From the sequence record MW349128.1: a stretch of DNA of 64,000 nucleotides. One strand, given 5' to 3'. Position 1 is the first letter of the stretch. Each line of letters opens with the position of its first letter. Both the position numbers and the translations under genes were made by a program. This document shows positions 10,024 to 19,400 of this stretch, piece by piece. Origin of the DNA: Staphylococcus phage Machias. The notes below the pieces were generated by a model, which saw nothing but the letters and a program-made list of their open reading frames with translations, did not search any database and was not told the origin of the DNA.

Positions 10024-10059
10024 TAGGATACGACAATGTAAGTCGTATCCTATTTTTTA
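10024..10059 (+). terminator. Rho-independent terminator
   Basis: AGGATACGAC-aatgtaa-GTCGTATCCT followed by TTTTTT. Confidence 0.7.
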
Positions 10060-10181
10060 TTTATAAATTTTAAAATATAAAAGATATTATCTTATAATTA
10101 TTTATACTAATATGAAGTTAATATAAACTCTTTATTATATATCATTATGGATAAATATTTATGAAAAGGAGAAAATAATCT

Positions 10182-10988
10182 ATGATTTTACCAAGTAAGA
10201 ATCAGCGTGTGTTTGATAATAACATCGCTAAAAATAAATGGTTCTACAATGGCCATATGAACTTACAAACTCTTGAGTTTGATCCGTTCGTAACTGGTTA
10301 CAGCTTTATCGTATGGACTAAAGTTCCTTCATGGGTTGAAAAACAATTCCCTGGATTTAAAGCTATGACTCAAAAGAACTTTAAATCATTCCAAGGTTTA
10401 GAAAATATTGAATTAACTACAAATGATTATATGCATACATTTAACGGTAATAACTATCGTACTGCTGCATCTATCACTAAAGGAAACACTGGTTTCCAAA
10501 TGACTCACCAAGAATTCTCTGGTAGTCCAATTAAAAATATGTATCAATATTGGGTATCTGGTATCCGTGATCCTCGTACTGGTATTGCAACTTATCCTAA
10601 AATTCATAATTTAGAATATGCTGCTAAGAACCATACAGGAGAATTACTATACATCCAAACTCGTCCTGATGCTAATAACACTAGTAAAAATAATATTGAA
10701 TTTGCTGCTTACTATACAGCTGTTATGCCTACTCGTATTAGCATTGATCACCATAACTATACTATGGAAACTCACGAAGAAGTTCAAATTGAACAAGATT
10801 TCGCAGGTAATATGGAAATCTCTGCTCGTGTAAATGACTTCGCTAAGTCTAAACTTAAAGAAGTATACAGCTTCGTTGAACAAGGTATGTTTGATCCTAA
10901 TGCACCTAAAGAAGCAGGAGCTCAGCTTTCTGACTTTGATTATAACAAAGGTGGAATTACAGGTTCAGGTAACGGAGATATTAAATAA
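10182..10988 (+). CDS. hypothetical protein (268 aa), possibly structural
   Basis: Strong RBS aaaggag; follows the large structural-like gene; terminator downstream. Confidence 0.5.
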   Translation: MILPSKNQRVFDNNIAKNKWFYNGHMNLQTLEFDPFVTGYSFIVWTKVPSWVEKQFPGFKAMTQKNFKSFQGLENIELTTNDYMHTFNGNNYRTAASITKGNTGFQMTHQEFSGSPIKNMYQYWVSGIRDPRTGIATYPKIHNLEYAAKNHTGELLYIQTRPDANNTSKNNIEFAAYYTAVMPTRISIDHHNYTMETHEEVQIEQDFAGNMEISARVNDFAKSKLKEVYSFVEQGMFDPNAPKEAGAQLSDFDYNKGGITGSGNGDIK

Positions 10989-11004
10989 TTTTAGCAATAA
11001 AAAT

Positions 11005-11040
11005 CCCCTAACACATTTATTTGTGTTAGGGGTTATATTT
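11005..11040. terminator. Bidirectional terminator between convergent genes
   Basis: CCCCTAACAC-atttattt-GTGTTAGGGG flanked by A/T runs on both sides. Confidence 0.6.
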
Positions 11041-13202
11041 TAATAATTTATTCTAGAGTATATGTGACATAATGTTATAATATCTAAATTCTCAGTTTCA
11101 TTCAATAATCTGTCTTTCCAATTTTCTCCGAGATCGTATATTGTTTCACCAATTTCACTTTCAGTAAAATTCTGTAGCGGAACTAATTTAGCGTCATACT
11201 TATTAAATTTGTTAATATATCCATCATAAGTATAATCTTGACTCAGATATTTAATGGATTCAAATACAAAAGGTTTAAATATCATATATCTATCAAATTG
11301 CATATCATCATGTATCATTAAAATTTTAGGTAAATAATGAGATTTTATTGGGAAAGAAATATCTAAATTCTGTATTGGATTTTTATATCTAATATCGAAT
11401 TCTAATTTTCTAGTGTTATAATCAAATTCATTAATAGCATAATATATAGGAGGTTTTTCTATATAAAACTCAATATTATCTTCAGTATCTATATATTCAC
11501 TAATACTTCTAAATGATCTTGATTTTTCACCATCAATATTATTTAATTCATCATCATTATTTGTTTCTACATAATCCTTAAATATGAAATAATGATCTTT
11601 AAGATTAGGGTATAATAATGCTTTTGGATTGACATCTGAATGTTTTTCAATGGTATTTGAATTTATTATCAATGAGTCAAATAAAAAATTATTTTCATCA
11701 GACACTGTTATTTTAATTTCATTTTCTTTTTTCAGATATACTTCTTTAATACGATCATCTATACCTATATCAGTATTTCTCTTATATAAAGATAATGTAC
11801 ATAAATCATTATGATCTCCATATACTTTAGCTAAGTAATTTTTACCATTTATACTAATTATTGCTTCTTCTTTTTTATTATTAACTTCATTCCTATTTTT
11901 TCTTCTAAACAGTAAATTGAATGTGTACATTCCGGATTCAGTTAATTTGATTTCATTTTTAAGTGTACCTGTTAAAATTGTAAATTTATTGTTCATTCTA
12001 TTAACTTCATCAATAGAAGTTAATTTACCATCTATCTTTACAGTTTCTAAAATATTTCCAGTACCCATATTTAATGAATCATTATCTACATAAAAATCAC
12101 TCATTGGAATTATAGTACGAGTGCCAATCTTAAAGTCGTTATAAGTTTTAACATAAAAAGGATTTTTGGATTCAGGAACTTCAGTCTCTTGAAGTATAAT
12201 AATATCTATATCATTATTTTTAGTAGAGAATCTTTCATCGTATTCAAATTTAAACGTATGTTTTCCTTTTTCCAAATACAATGGTACTTCTTCATAAAAT
12301 TCATTTTCTGAATCTCTATAAAATTCTAATATAGATCTATTCCATATAAATTCCCTATCTGTCGGAGATCTAAAATAGTACCCTACATTATCTACAAATA
12401 CTTTGTTCACTGTACCATTACTAAAATGGTTTCCATTTTTACATCTAATTTCATAATAAGAAGAATTAGGAATATAAATGTTCATTTCCAATATTCCATC
12501 CTCAATAGTTACATAACCTTCTCCAAGAAATCTATCATATCCTGATTTTCTTTTATAAGCTCCATCAAAGTTACTTTCCCTTGTTTTATATATATCACCT
12601 AGATATGCATCATAAAATATCCTACCGTCATCTAATAATCCTTCATGTATTAGTCCATCTATAATTTCAGATTCTTTTAATACTTTACGATTATAAGCAT
12701 AATCTTTAGGATACTTTCTATTATCTTGATATATTGGTGGGTAAGGTTCGATTTTCACTTCCTTTCTTTCTATACTATTAAAAGACAAATCTTCATATTC
12801 TATATTCCCTATGAAGTTTGTGTCATAAATTCTCTCTGTTTTACCTAAATAATTATAGAATATAGTAAATAAGTCATATTTTAATTCACCAATAATTTCA
12901 TAAGGTCTTTCTTCATATACTAAAATATCTGAAGAAATATCCTCTAATCTAAAGGTTGGATTCTCTAAACCATATTCACTTTTGATATAATCTTCTGATT
13001 TTGGAATATCAAGTGTATTATCTTCATTAAATGTAAATTTATTATATTCCTCAGAATTAGATTCCACTCTTAATATTAATTTATCACTTTTCTTTGTTTT
13101 AGTTTCGATTAAAGTTTTATTTTCATTATCTTTAATTTTAGTTATTACAATGTCTCCAGAATTGTGTTTATCAATTAATTCTTCTATTCTATATAATTTC
13201 AT
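11040..13202 (-). CDS. hypothetical protein (720 aa), leftward virion/tail module
   Basis: Long ORF, last gene of the minus-strand block. Confidence 0.5.
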   Translation of the reverse strand: MKLYRIEELIDKHNSGDIVITKIKDNENKTLIETKTKKSDKLILRVESNSEEYNKFTFNEDNTLDIPKSEDYIKSEYGLENPTFRLEDISSDILVYEERPYEIIGELKYDLFTIFYNYLGKTERIYDTNFIGNIEYEDLSFNSIERKEVKIEPYPPIYQDNRKYPKDYAYNRKVLKESEIIDGLIHEGLLDDGRIFYDAYLGDIYKTRESNFDGAYKRKSGYDRFLGEGYVTIEDGILEMNIYIPNSSYYEIRCKNGNHFSNGTVNKVFVDNVGYYFRSPTDREFIWNRSILEFYRDSENEFYEEVPLYLEKGKHTFKFEYDERFSTKNNDIDIIILQETEVPESKNPFYVKTYNDFKIGTRTIIPMSDFYVDNDSLNMGTGNILETVKIDGKLTSIDEVNRMNNKFTILTGTLKNEIKLTESGMYTFNLLFRRKNRNEVNNKKEEAIISINGKNYLAKVYGDHNDLCTLSLYKRNTDIGIDDRIKEVYLKKENEIKITVSDENNFLFDSLIINSNTIEKHSDVNPKALLYPNLKDHYFIFKDYVETNNDDELNNIDGEKSRSFRSISEYIDTEDNIEFYIEKPPIYYAINEFDYNTRKLEFDIRYKNPIQNLDISFPIKSHYLPKILMIHDDMQFDRYMIFKPFVFESIKYLSQDYTYDGYINKFNKYDAKLVPLQNFTESEIGETIYDLGENWKDRLLNETENLDIITLCHIYSRINY

Positions 13203-13236
13203 AATTTTAGTTCCTTTCAGTTATGTTAATTTTAAA

Positions 13237-13809
13237 TTAAGTAAACATATTCAATCCCGGATTATTTGGATGGGGATTATATTGGGATTTATATCCATAA
13301 ATTGCATCATCAATTTGTTGTTGAAAAACTCTTCCTTTAATTACTTGCATACTTCTAGAATATTGAGTTTTCATATTAATTTGAGCTTTATCAATAATGG
13401 ATAGTTGATCTCTTCTAATTCCTGCTAAGCAATCAATATAAGATAATAATCCTGTATTAAATTTCATTCTTTGGAATGATTTAGAAGCCATTAAGTTTGG
13501 ATACATATCTCTAATATTAATAGATACAGTAATTTCTCTTGGGAAACCATCTGCAGTCCATGTACCTTCTTCACCACGAACTATATTCATTGAAGTTATT
13601 ATACCTGTATTACATTCAAATCTACCAGGACAATTAGCTCTAATAATAAACGGTTGCTTATAAGAGAATATTGAATCTTGTAAAGGTAAAGCTAATACTA
13701 ATAATGAAAGAAATGGTAAATATACATTGTCAAATATAGATTGTGGATCTCCATAAGCACTATAGAATTTAAATTCTAGATTATAAGTACGGTCAAAAGT
13801 TGAATTCAT
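13237..13809 (-). CDS. hypothetical protein (190 aa) immediately downstream of the IStron-like element
   Basis: ORF with a weak RBS (caggtttggATG). Confidence 0.45.
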   Translation of the reverse strand: MNSTFDRTYNLEFKFYSAYGDPQSIFDNVYLPFLSLLVLALPLQDSIFSYKQPFIIRANCPGRFECNTGIITSMNIVRGEEGTWTADGFPREITVSINIRDMYPNLMASKSFQRMKFNTGLLSYIDCLAGIRRDQLSIIDKAQINMKTQYSRSMQVIKGRVFQQQIDDAIYGYKSQYNPHPNNPGLNMFT

Positions 13810-13814
13810 CCAAA

Positions 13815-14005
13815 CCTGGTTTGTTAAATCTTGATTTTATATATTAAATATAAAGGCAAGACCTTGTATAAAATACACTTGGCTCAGTGACTAACGTATA
13901 AGGGAACCCTTATACTCCTTGTAAAGCTAATCGGACATTAGCTTATCACCCGTTTATCGTCTCCCGCTACCCGCAGGCGACTCTCATATCTTTTATTTTG
14001 TGAGA
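13815..14005 (-). ncRNA. Candidate TnpB guide (omega/right-end) RNA scaffold
   Basis: Only markedly GC-rich, stem-rich stretch in the region; stems read on the minus strand (as transcribed): AAGCTAAT/ATTAGCTT, GTATAAGGG/CCCTTATAC; lies directly 3' of the tnpB stop, where IS605 omega-RNAs map. Confidence 0.4.
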
Positions 14006-15199
14006 TTAAACATATTTTAAATCTAGAATATTTTTAGCTGCATTTAAATCTCTATCAAGAACTACATCACAATTAGGACAATCATGAGTATCATCACCTA
14101 AAACTAATTTCTCTTTATTAGTTCTAACATAACCACATGATGAACATGTCTGTGTAGTCTTTTTCTTAGTAATAATATTTAATTCATTATCATAAAAATT
14201 AGATTTAAATTTTAATTTTTCTAAAAAATCATACTTACCAAATCTTCTATTAGAACGTCTAAGATTTCTGAATCTATCAGATATTTTATGTGGATATGGT
14301 TCTATATTGATTACTTTATAATTTTTAACTAACCAATTAGTAATTTTGTCCCTATGATCTTCCAACATATCATATTCTCTATTATAAGACTTTCTTAATT
14401 GTTTTAAAAGTTTGTAATATGATTTTGAATAATATTTTTTTCTATCTAATTTAGATTTAATTTTTTCAGTTTTTCTTTCTTGTTTCCATAGAATATTCGG
14501 TATTTTAAATTCAAATACTTGACCGTTTGAGTCTACAGCAGCTAAAGGAGTTTTTATCCCCATATCAATACCAATTGAATAATTATTTTCTCTCTGTTTC
14601 TTATAATTGATTATCTCATAAGTTATAGAGATGTAGAATTTTTCATTCTTTCTGCTTATGGTGTAATATTTAAAATTAATATCGTTAGAGTTAATAAATT
14701 TTAAAGATTCCTTAGTTTTAATAACAAAAGGTTTAATTCCTTTCATTGCAGAAACTCTTATCCATTTTTTAGATAAAAATTTTACAGGTAAACTTAGTTT
14801 ATCTTTAACTATAAATCTAAATGAATCGTTAGAATATTTTTTCTTTTTAAATTTAGGTTTAAATTTATCACTATCTATATAATTTTTAGATTTTCTAGCT
14901 TTACTCTGCATTTCATAGTATTTAGAAAAAGTCTGATTTAGATCTTTTAAAGCTTCTTGTCTAACCATACTATTAACTTCATAAAGATAAGGATAATTTC
15001 CAGAATTTTGAATTTCGTTGTTTAATTTCTTTTGAAAATCAAATCCACTAAATTTCTTATCATCATCAATATTCTGATAATCTTCTAAAGCCATATTCCA
15101 TACTTTTCTTCTTACACCAAAGCATTTATTGAAATAATTCTTTTGGTCTTGATTTGGGTATATTCTAGTTTTGAAAGATTTAACTATTCCTTTTTTCAT
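14006..15199 (-). CDS. tnpB: TnpB (IS200/IS605-family OrfB) RNA-guided-nuclease-like protein, 397 aa
   Basis: RuvC-I GIDMGIKTPLAAV, zinc finger CSSCGY...CPNCD, RuvC-III DRDLNAAKNI; strong RBS aggaggtg; no tnpA present. Confidence 0.85.
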   Translation of the reverse strand: MKKGIVKSFKTRIYPNQDQKNYFNKCFGVRRKVWNMALEDYQNIDDDKKFSGFDFQKKLNNEIQNSGNYPYLYEVNSMVRQEALKDLNQTFSKYYEMQSKARKSKNYIDSDKFKPKFKKKKYSNDSFRFIVKDKLSLPVKFLSKKWIRVSAMKGIKPFVIKTKESLKFINSNDINFKYYTISRKNEKFYISITYEIINYKKQRENNYSIGIDMGIKTPLAAVDSNGQVFEFKIPNILWKQERKTEKIKSKLDRKKYYSKSYYKLLKQLRKSYNREYDMLEDHRDKITNWLVKNYKVINIEPYPHKISDRFRNLRRSNRRFGKYDFLEKLKFKSNFYDNELNIITKKKTTQTCSSCGYVRTNKEKLVLGDDTHDCPNCDVVLDRDLNAAKNILDLKYV

Positions 15200-15249
15200 T
15201 GTTTAATTTCACCTCCTAATCATATTATATAAATATGTTAGGAAATTCC

Positions 15250-15300
15250 TGATATGAATTTTTTATCAGTATTTTATACAATCTCTAAATTAGTAATTTA
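15250..15300 (-). repeat. IS605-type left-end subterminal hairpins
   Basis: Perfect palindromes CTGATAtgaattttttATCAG and CTCTAAATTagtAATTTAGAG just 5' of tnpB. Confidence 0.4.
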
Positions 15301-15304
15301 GAGC

Positions 15305-15410
15305 ACAGACTATATCATACTCATTGATATGAGTGAATATATTTAGTCGTTGGACAAGTCTTATTGACTTGATGCTGATTGAGATAATAATCTATTCCAG
15401 CAATTAATAT
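15305..15410 (-). mobile_element. Group I intron catalytic core (mini-intron family copy) on the minus strand
   Basis: Reverse complement contains ATTAATTGCTGG, AATCAGCATC, GTCCAACGACTAAAT, ATGATATAGTCT in the same order and spacing as the other mini-introns. Confidence 0.65.
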
Positions 15411-15442
15411 TCTTTGCTAATTAAAATTACTTTTAATAGGGA

Positions 15443-16354
15443 CTATTTGTGTGAATAATCCGGATAATACATTGATGCACCATCTAAATGTTCCATAAAG
15501 TTACCTACAATACCACCAATAACTGGCATATTTGCTACCATATCATTAATACTATCTTTAATAGTTCTAGTAATTTTACCTAAAATAGAAGCTCCACCAA
15601 TACGAGCCATTTCTTTTTGTTCTCGTATTTCTTGGTTTTTATTATTAACTTGAGAAGCAATATCAGATTGATTATATTCATGCATTGCAGATTCTGATAT
15701 ACTAGTTGATTTATCTGCATAGTAAGCTAGTCCATAGTTTTTATCATCTTGTAGAGATCCACCTAGATCAAATGATCCTTTTAAACCCATTGATGCATGA
15801 ACTTGAGAAGCCATAGTTTGTACGTATTTATAATATTCAGCCATTTTAGGTTCAAAGCTTATCATACGACCATCTTTAGTATTACCGATACCTACTAAAG
15901 ATAAACCAGAGTTTACTAATCTATCCATTCCTTCACCAAAACTCCATAATTTACCTTCTCCTGGTTTACCAAATAATTTACCATTTAATTTAGGCATACC
16001 CGGCATTATAAATACTAAAGGTAAATCTAATTCAAATGTTCTTTTATATATTCTTCTATTAGGATCATCTAAACTAGAATAGTACATAGGCATTCCAAAT
16101 ACATCTAGTTCACCTTTAACATTTCTTAATTGTTTTTTATCTTTAGCATTTTTATCTGTTAAATATTCAGTTGCTTGTCTTTGATTACCCAAAGCATCCA
16201 TAAAAGCACCAGTATCTTTTTGAGTAGGATCATATTCATGATAGTCATAATCACCTTTTTTCTCATCAGCTTGAGGTATTAAAGCCATATCATCATCTGC
16301 CACTTTTAAAGGTTCTTGTTCCTTAGACTCTTTTTTATCTTTTTCTTCAGCCAA
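15443..16354 (-). CDS. hypothetical protein (303 aa; TTG start) of the leftward virion module
   Basis: ORF from the track; its stop lies ~9 nt before the predicted 5' end of the IStron-like intron. Confidence 0.5.
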   Translation of the reverse strand: MAEEKDKKESKEQEPLKVADDDMALIPQADEKKGDYDYHEYDPTQKDTGAFMDALGNQRQATEYLTDKNAKDKKQLRNVKGELDVFGMPMYYSSLDDPNRRIYKRTFELDLPLVFIMPGMPKLNGKLFGKPGEGKLWSFGEGMDRLVNSGLSLVGIGNTKDGRMISFEPKMAEYYKYVQTMASQVHASMGLKGSFDLGGSLQDDKNYGLAYYADKSTSISESAMHEYNQSDIASQVNNKNQEIREQKEMARIGGASILGKITRTIKDSINDMVANMPVIGGIVGNFMEHLDGASMYYPDYSHK

Positions 16355-16455
16355 TTTATTTCACTTCCTTTTAATAATAAAGAGGATATGACACATAATA
16401 AATGTCATATCCCCAATTTAATTTATTTACTATAAATTTATGTTGCATCAAAATA

Positions 16456-19400
16456 TTATTTTCCTGAGAAAACAGGTATAGCTGGTCTAACGTCAATAAC
16501 AAATCTATCTCCATAAGAATCTCTAATTGCTTCTTGTAAATCTTGATTACCTGTAGATGGATCTTGACTTGAACCATCAGGAGTATAAGGATTATTAGGA
16601 TCATTAGGATTATTAGGGTTGTTTGGATTATTAGGATTTGATTGATTATCATTTCCATTATTATTGCTATTATTTCCATTAGAACCATTAGATCCATTAG
16701 AACCATTATTTCCATTAGATCCATTTTGACCGTCTTTACCGTTATTAATAATATTAGGATTTTCTTTAATAATTTTTTCAAGCTCTTTTTGAATATCTTT
16801 AATAATTACATTACCTTTAGAATCTACTAAATCACCTTTATTATTAATAATAGTATTAGAAATATTTGTTGTATTTCCATCTTTATTAATATTTTTACCT
16901 TTAAAGGACATATCTTTAAGTTGTTCTAACATTTTGGCAGTATTTTTATCAATATTGCTTGTATGTTTAATTATATTATCTAAATCCATACGTTTTTGTG
17001 GATCTACTTTCATAGGTCCTTTATTTTCATAATTTACTTTAGAATTATTATAATTATTAGTAATATTATAGATATTTCTTACTGTATTATTATTACCTTG
17101 TATAGTTTGATTTGTAATGGAATTATTATTAGTTGTAGGTTTACCATTATTATAATTATTATTGATAACCGTAGAACTATTATTTCCTCCATTATTAATT
17201 ATACTAGAATTATTCTGGTTATTATTAACATTTCCTTGACTTCCTGAAGATGATTGATTGTTACCATCAGCTCCAGAACTATATGAAGGTGATGAACCAT
17301 CTTTACCGTCTTTTCCATCAGAACCATCTTTACCAGATGATCCTTCTGAATCGTCAGATGATGAACTTGATCCACTTGAAGATCCAGATTCTGTAGCTTC
17401 CTTACCTGCTTTAGCTTTAAGTTCAGCCTGTTGTTCTTCATCTATCTTTTTAGCTTCTTCATAGTCAATTCCATAAATTCTAGCATAACGTTTCATTAAT
17501 CTATCATTTAAAGCTTCTTGTTCTTCTTCATCCATACGGTTATCATCTCTACCAGTAATAGAACCGTACCAAGTACCATTTTTGAAACTATATTCAGAAG
17601 CTCCAGCAGAAGATCCATTAGAGTCTCCTCCTTCACTATCGCTTCCACCTATTTTATCACTACCATCTAGAGGTTTACCTGTATCATCAGGACCACCGCC
17701 GCCATATCTCATTGTAATACCAATTTGTAATCCCATTTTTTGGTATTTATTTGCAGGAGTTACAGCAACACCATGACCATAATATGATTCAACTTGTTTT
17801 CCTCCACCTATATACATAGTAACATGGTTATCGTTATCACATAAAGTAATATCACCAATTTTTTTCTTAGTGCCTTTACTTATTTTTCTAAATTTAGTAC
17901 CACCATCTCTAAAAGTAAAAGTGGTAGCATTAATATCCATTTCTAAACCAGCTTTTTTGAATGAACGAGCAATTAAACTAGAACAGTCAAATGAATTTTT
18001 ACCTTGTCTATTTGACTGAGAGTATGTTGCACCATCTTGAGCTATTGCCCATTGTACTGCTTGTTTAATTTTATCTCTTTCAGATCCACCGGATCCTCCA
18101 CCTTTACCATAAACTCCACCAGTAATAGTAGGTTTTTCTAAAACTAAACCAGTTTTTCCAACTTTTTTATTTTTATTAGATGTAGATGATACCATATTTG
18201 CAAATTGATTAACGTTCGTATCACTATAAACAGTACTAGAACCTCCACCTTTAGCTTTAGTGGATTTCTTAGATGAACCCCCTAGTTTATCTAACCATTT
18301 TTTAGCGTTTGATTGTCTTTCAGGAATAACTTTAACTCCTGCACGTTCATACAAATTCTCCCATACAACTGTTGCTTCATCAACATTCTTAGCTTTCTTA
18401 ATAGCAGACCAAGCAGCAGATTCAGATCCTTGAAGTTCATACCACATGAAGTCTAACTGAGCATCAAGATCAGACCATTTCTTACCTTTCTTTTCAGCAA
18501 ATGCTTTAAGATTATCTTTACGATCATCCCATTGAGCTAGTCCTTTACCTCCGACCCAACCAGAGTTTTGTTCGGCACCGGGATCCATTTTGGATTCACG
18601 TTCAAAGTTACCTAATATACCTGCTATCTGATGATCTTCTAACCCTTTTTCAGCAAAGAAATTCCATACTTTAGATGCAACATCTTTACCATCAACACTT
18701 TCTGCTCCTCCATCAGATGATCCTTCTGAAGAAGAACTTCCTGATGAACCGGCCATGAATCCTGCCATAATATCATTCATCATTCCGCCAAGTTTATCAA
18801 ACCAATCACCAATTTTGTTTACTACTTCACCATCAGGATCAGTTATATCTTTTTTAGATTTTTTCTTTTTCTTCTTACTTAATAAAGAATAGAAAGGAGA
18901 TAATCTTAACATAGTTTCAGCCAATTTTTTAGGAGCTTTTTTAAGTTTACTCATTAAATTATTAGGCATCATTTTATGCATTTTTTCACTAATTTTACCC
19001 ATGATAGATAAAGGAGAATTTTTCATTACTCCATTAACATCTTTCTCGATATTATCTTTAGTTTTATTAGTTGACTCTTCTACTTGTTTTTTAGCATCTT
19101 TACTAGCTTTATCAGACATTCCTTGCATTTCAGCCATTTCTTTCTTAGCTCTTTCAGATGCATGATCTTCAATACCTTCTTGATAAGAACCTAATTCTTC
19201 TTTACTAGCTTCCACCATTTCACGACTTTGATTAGACATATCTTCTTCATGAGAAGAGAATTTGTCATCAAGGAATCCTGATAAGTTTTTAGCTAAGCCT
19301 ATTCCACCTTGAATAAGATTAGAAGTAGCTCCGACCATATTACTAATTCCTTTTCCAGCCATAGCTAAAGGTGCCATTAATAACATTGAAGCTCCACCTA

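Larger units (their letters stand above)
13810..15442 (-). mobile_element. IStron-like composite: mini group I intron core + IS200/605-family tnpB + right-end RNA region
   Basis: Order on the minus strand: 5' intron start aaagtaatttt (as in the other mini-introns), P/Q/R/S core (15305-15410), IS605-type subterminal hairpins (15250-15300), tnpB (14006-15199), GC-rich structured tail (13815-14005). Confidence 0.6.

Noticed and set aside
10834-11043. ORF 10834-11043 (+) overlapping the end of gene 10182-10988 and the terminator
   Set aside because: It is an out-of-frame overlap of a well-supported gene and runs through the terminator hairpin.
15443-16354. Initial idea that the IStron splits one protein (15443-16354 plus 13237-13809) in frame
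   Set aside because: A TAG stop lies ~9 nt upstream of the predicted intron 5' end and the downstream ORF has its own weak RBS. More likely these are two genes with the element in the intercistronic region. This is kept as uncertain rather than claimed.
16371-16781. Minus-strand ORF 16371-16781 (136 aa, Ile/Leu/Met-rich) overlapping the 3' end of the 1914-aa gene
   Set aside because: It lies in an alternative frame of the low-complexity repeat region and its composition is an artefact of AT-rich repeats. The same applies to 16642-16830, 16996-17247, 17199-17441, 17258-17464 and 17582-17776.
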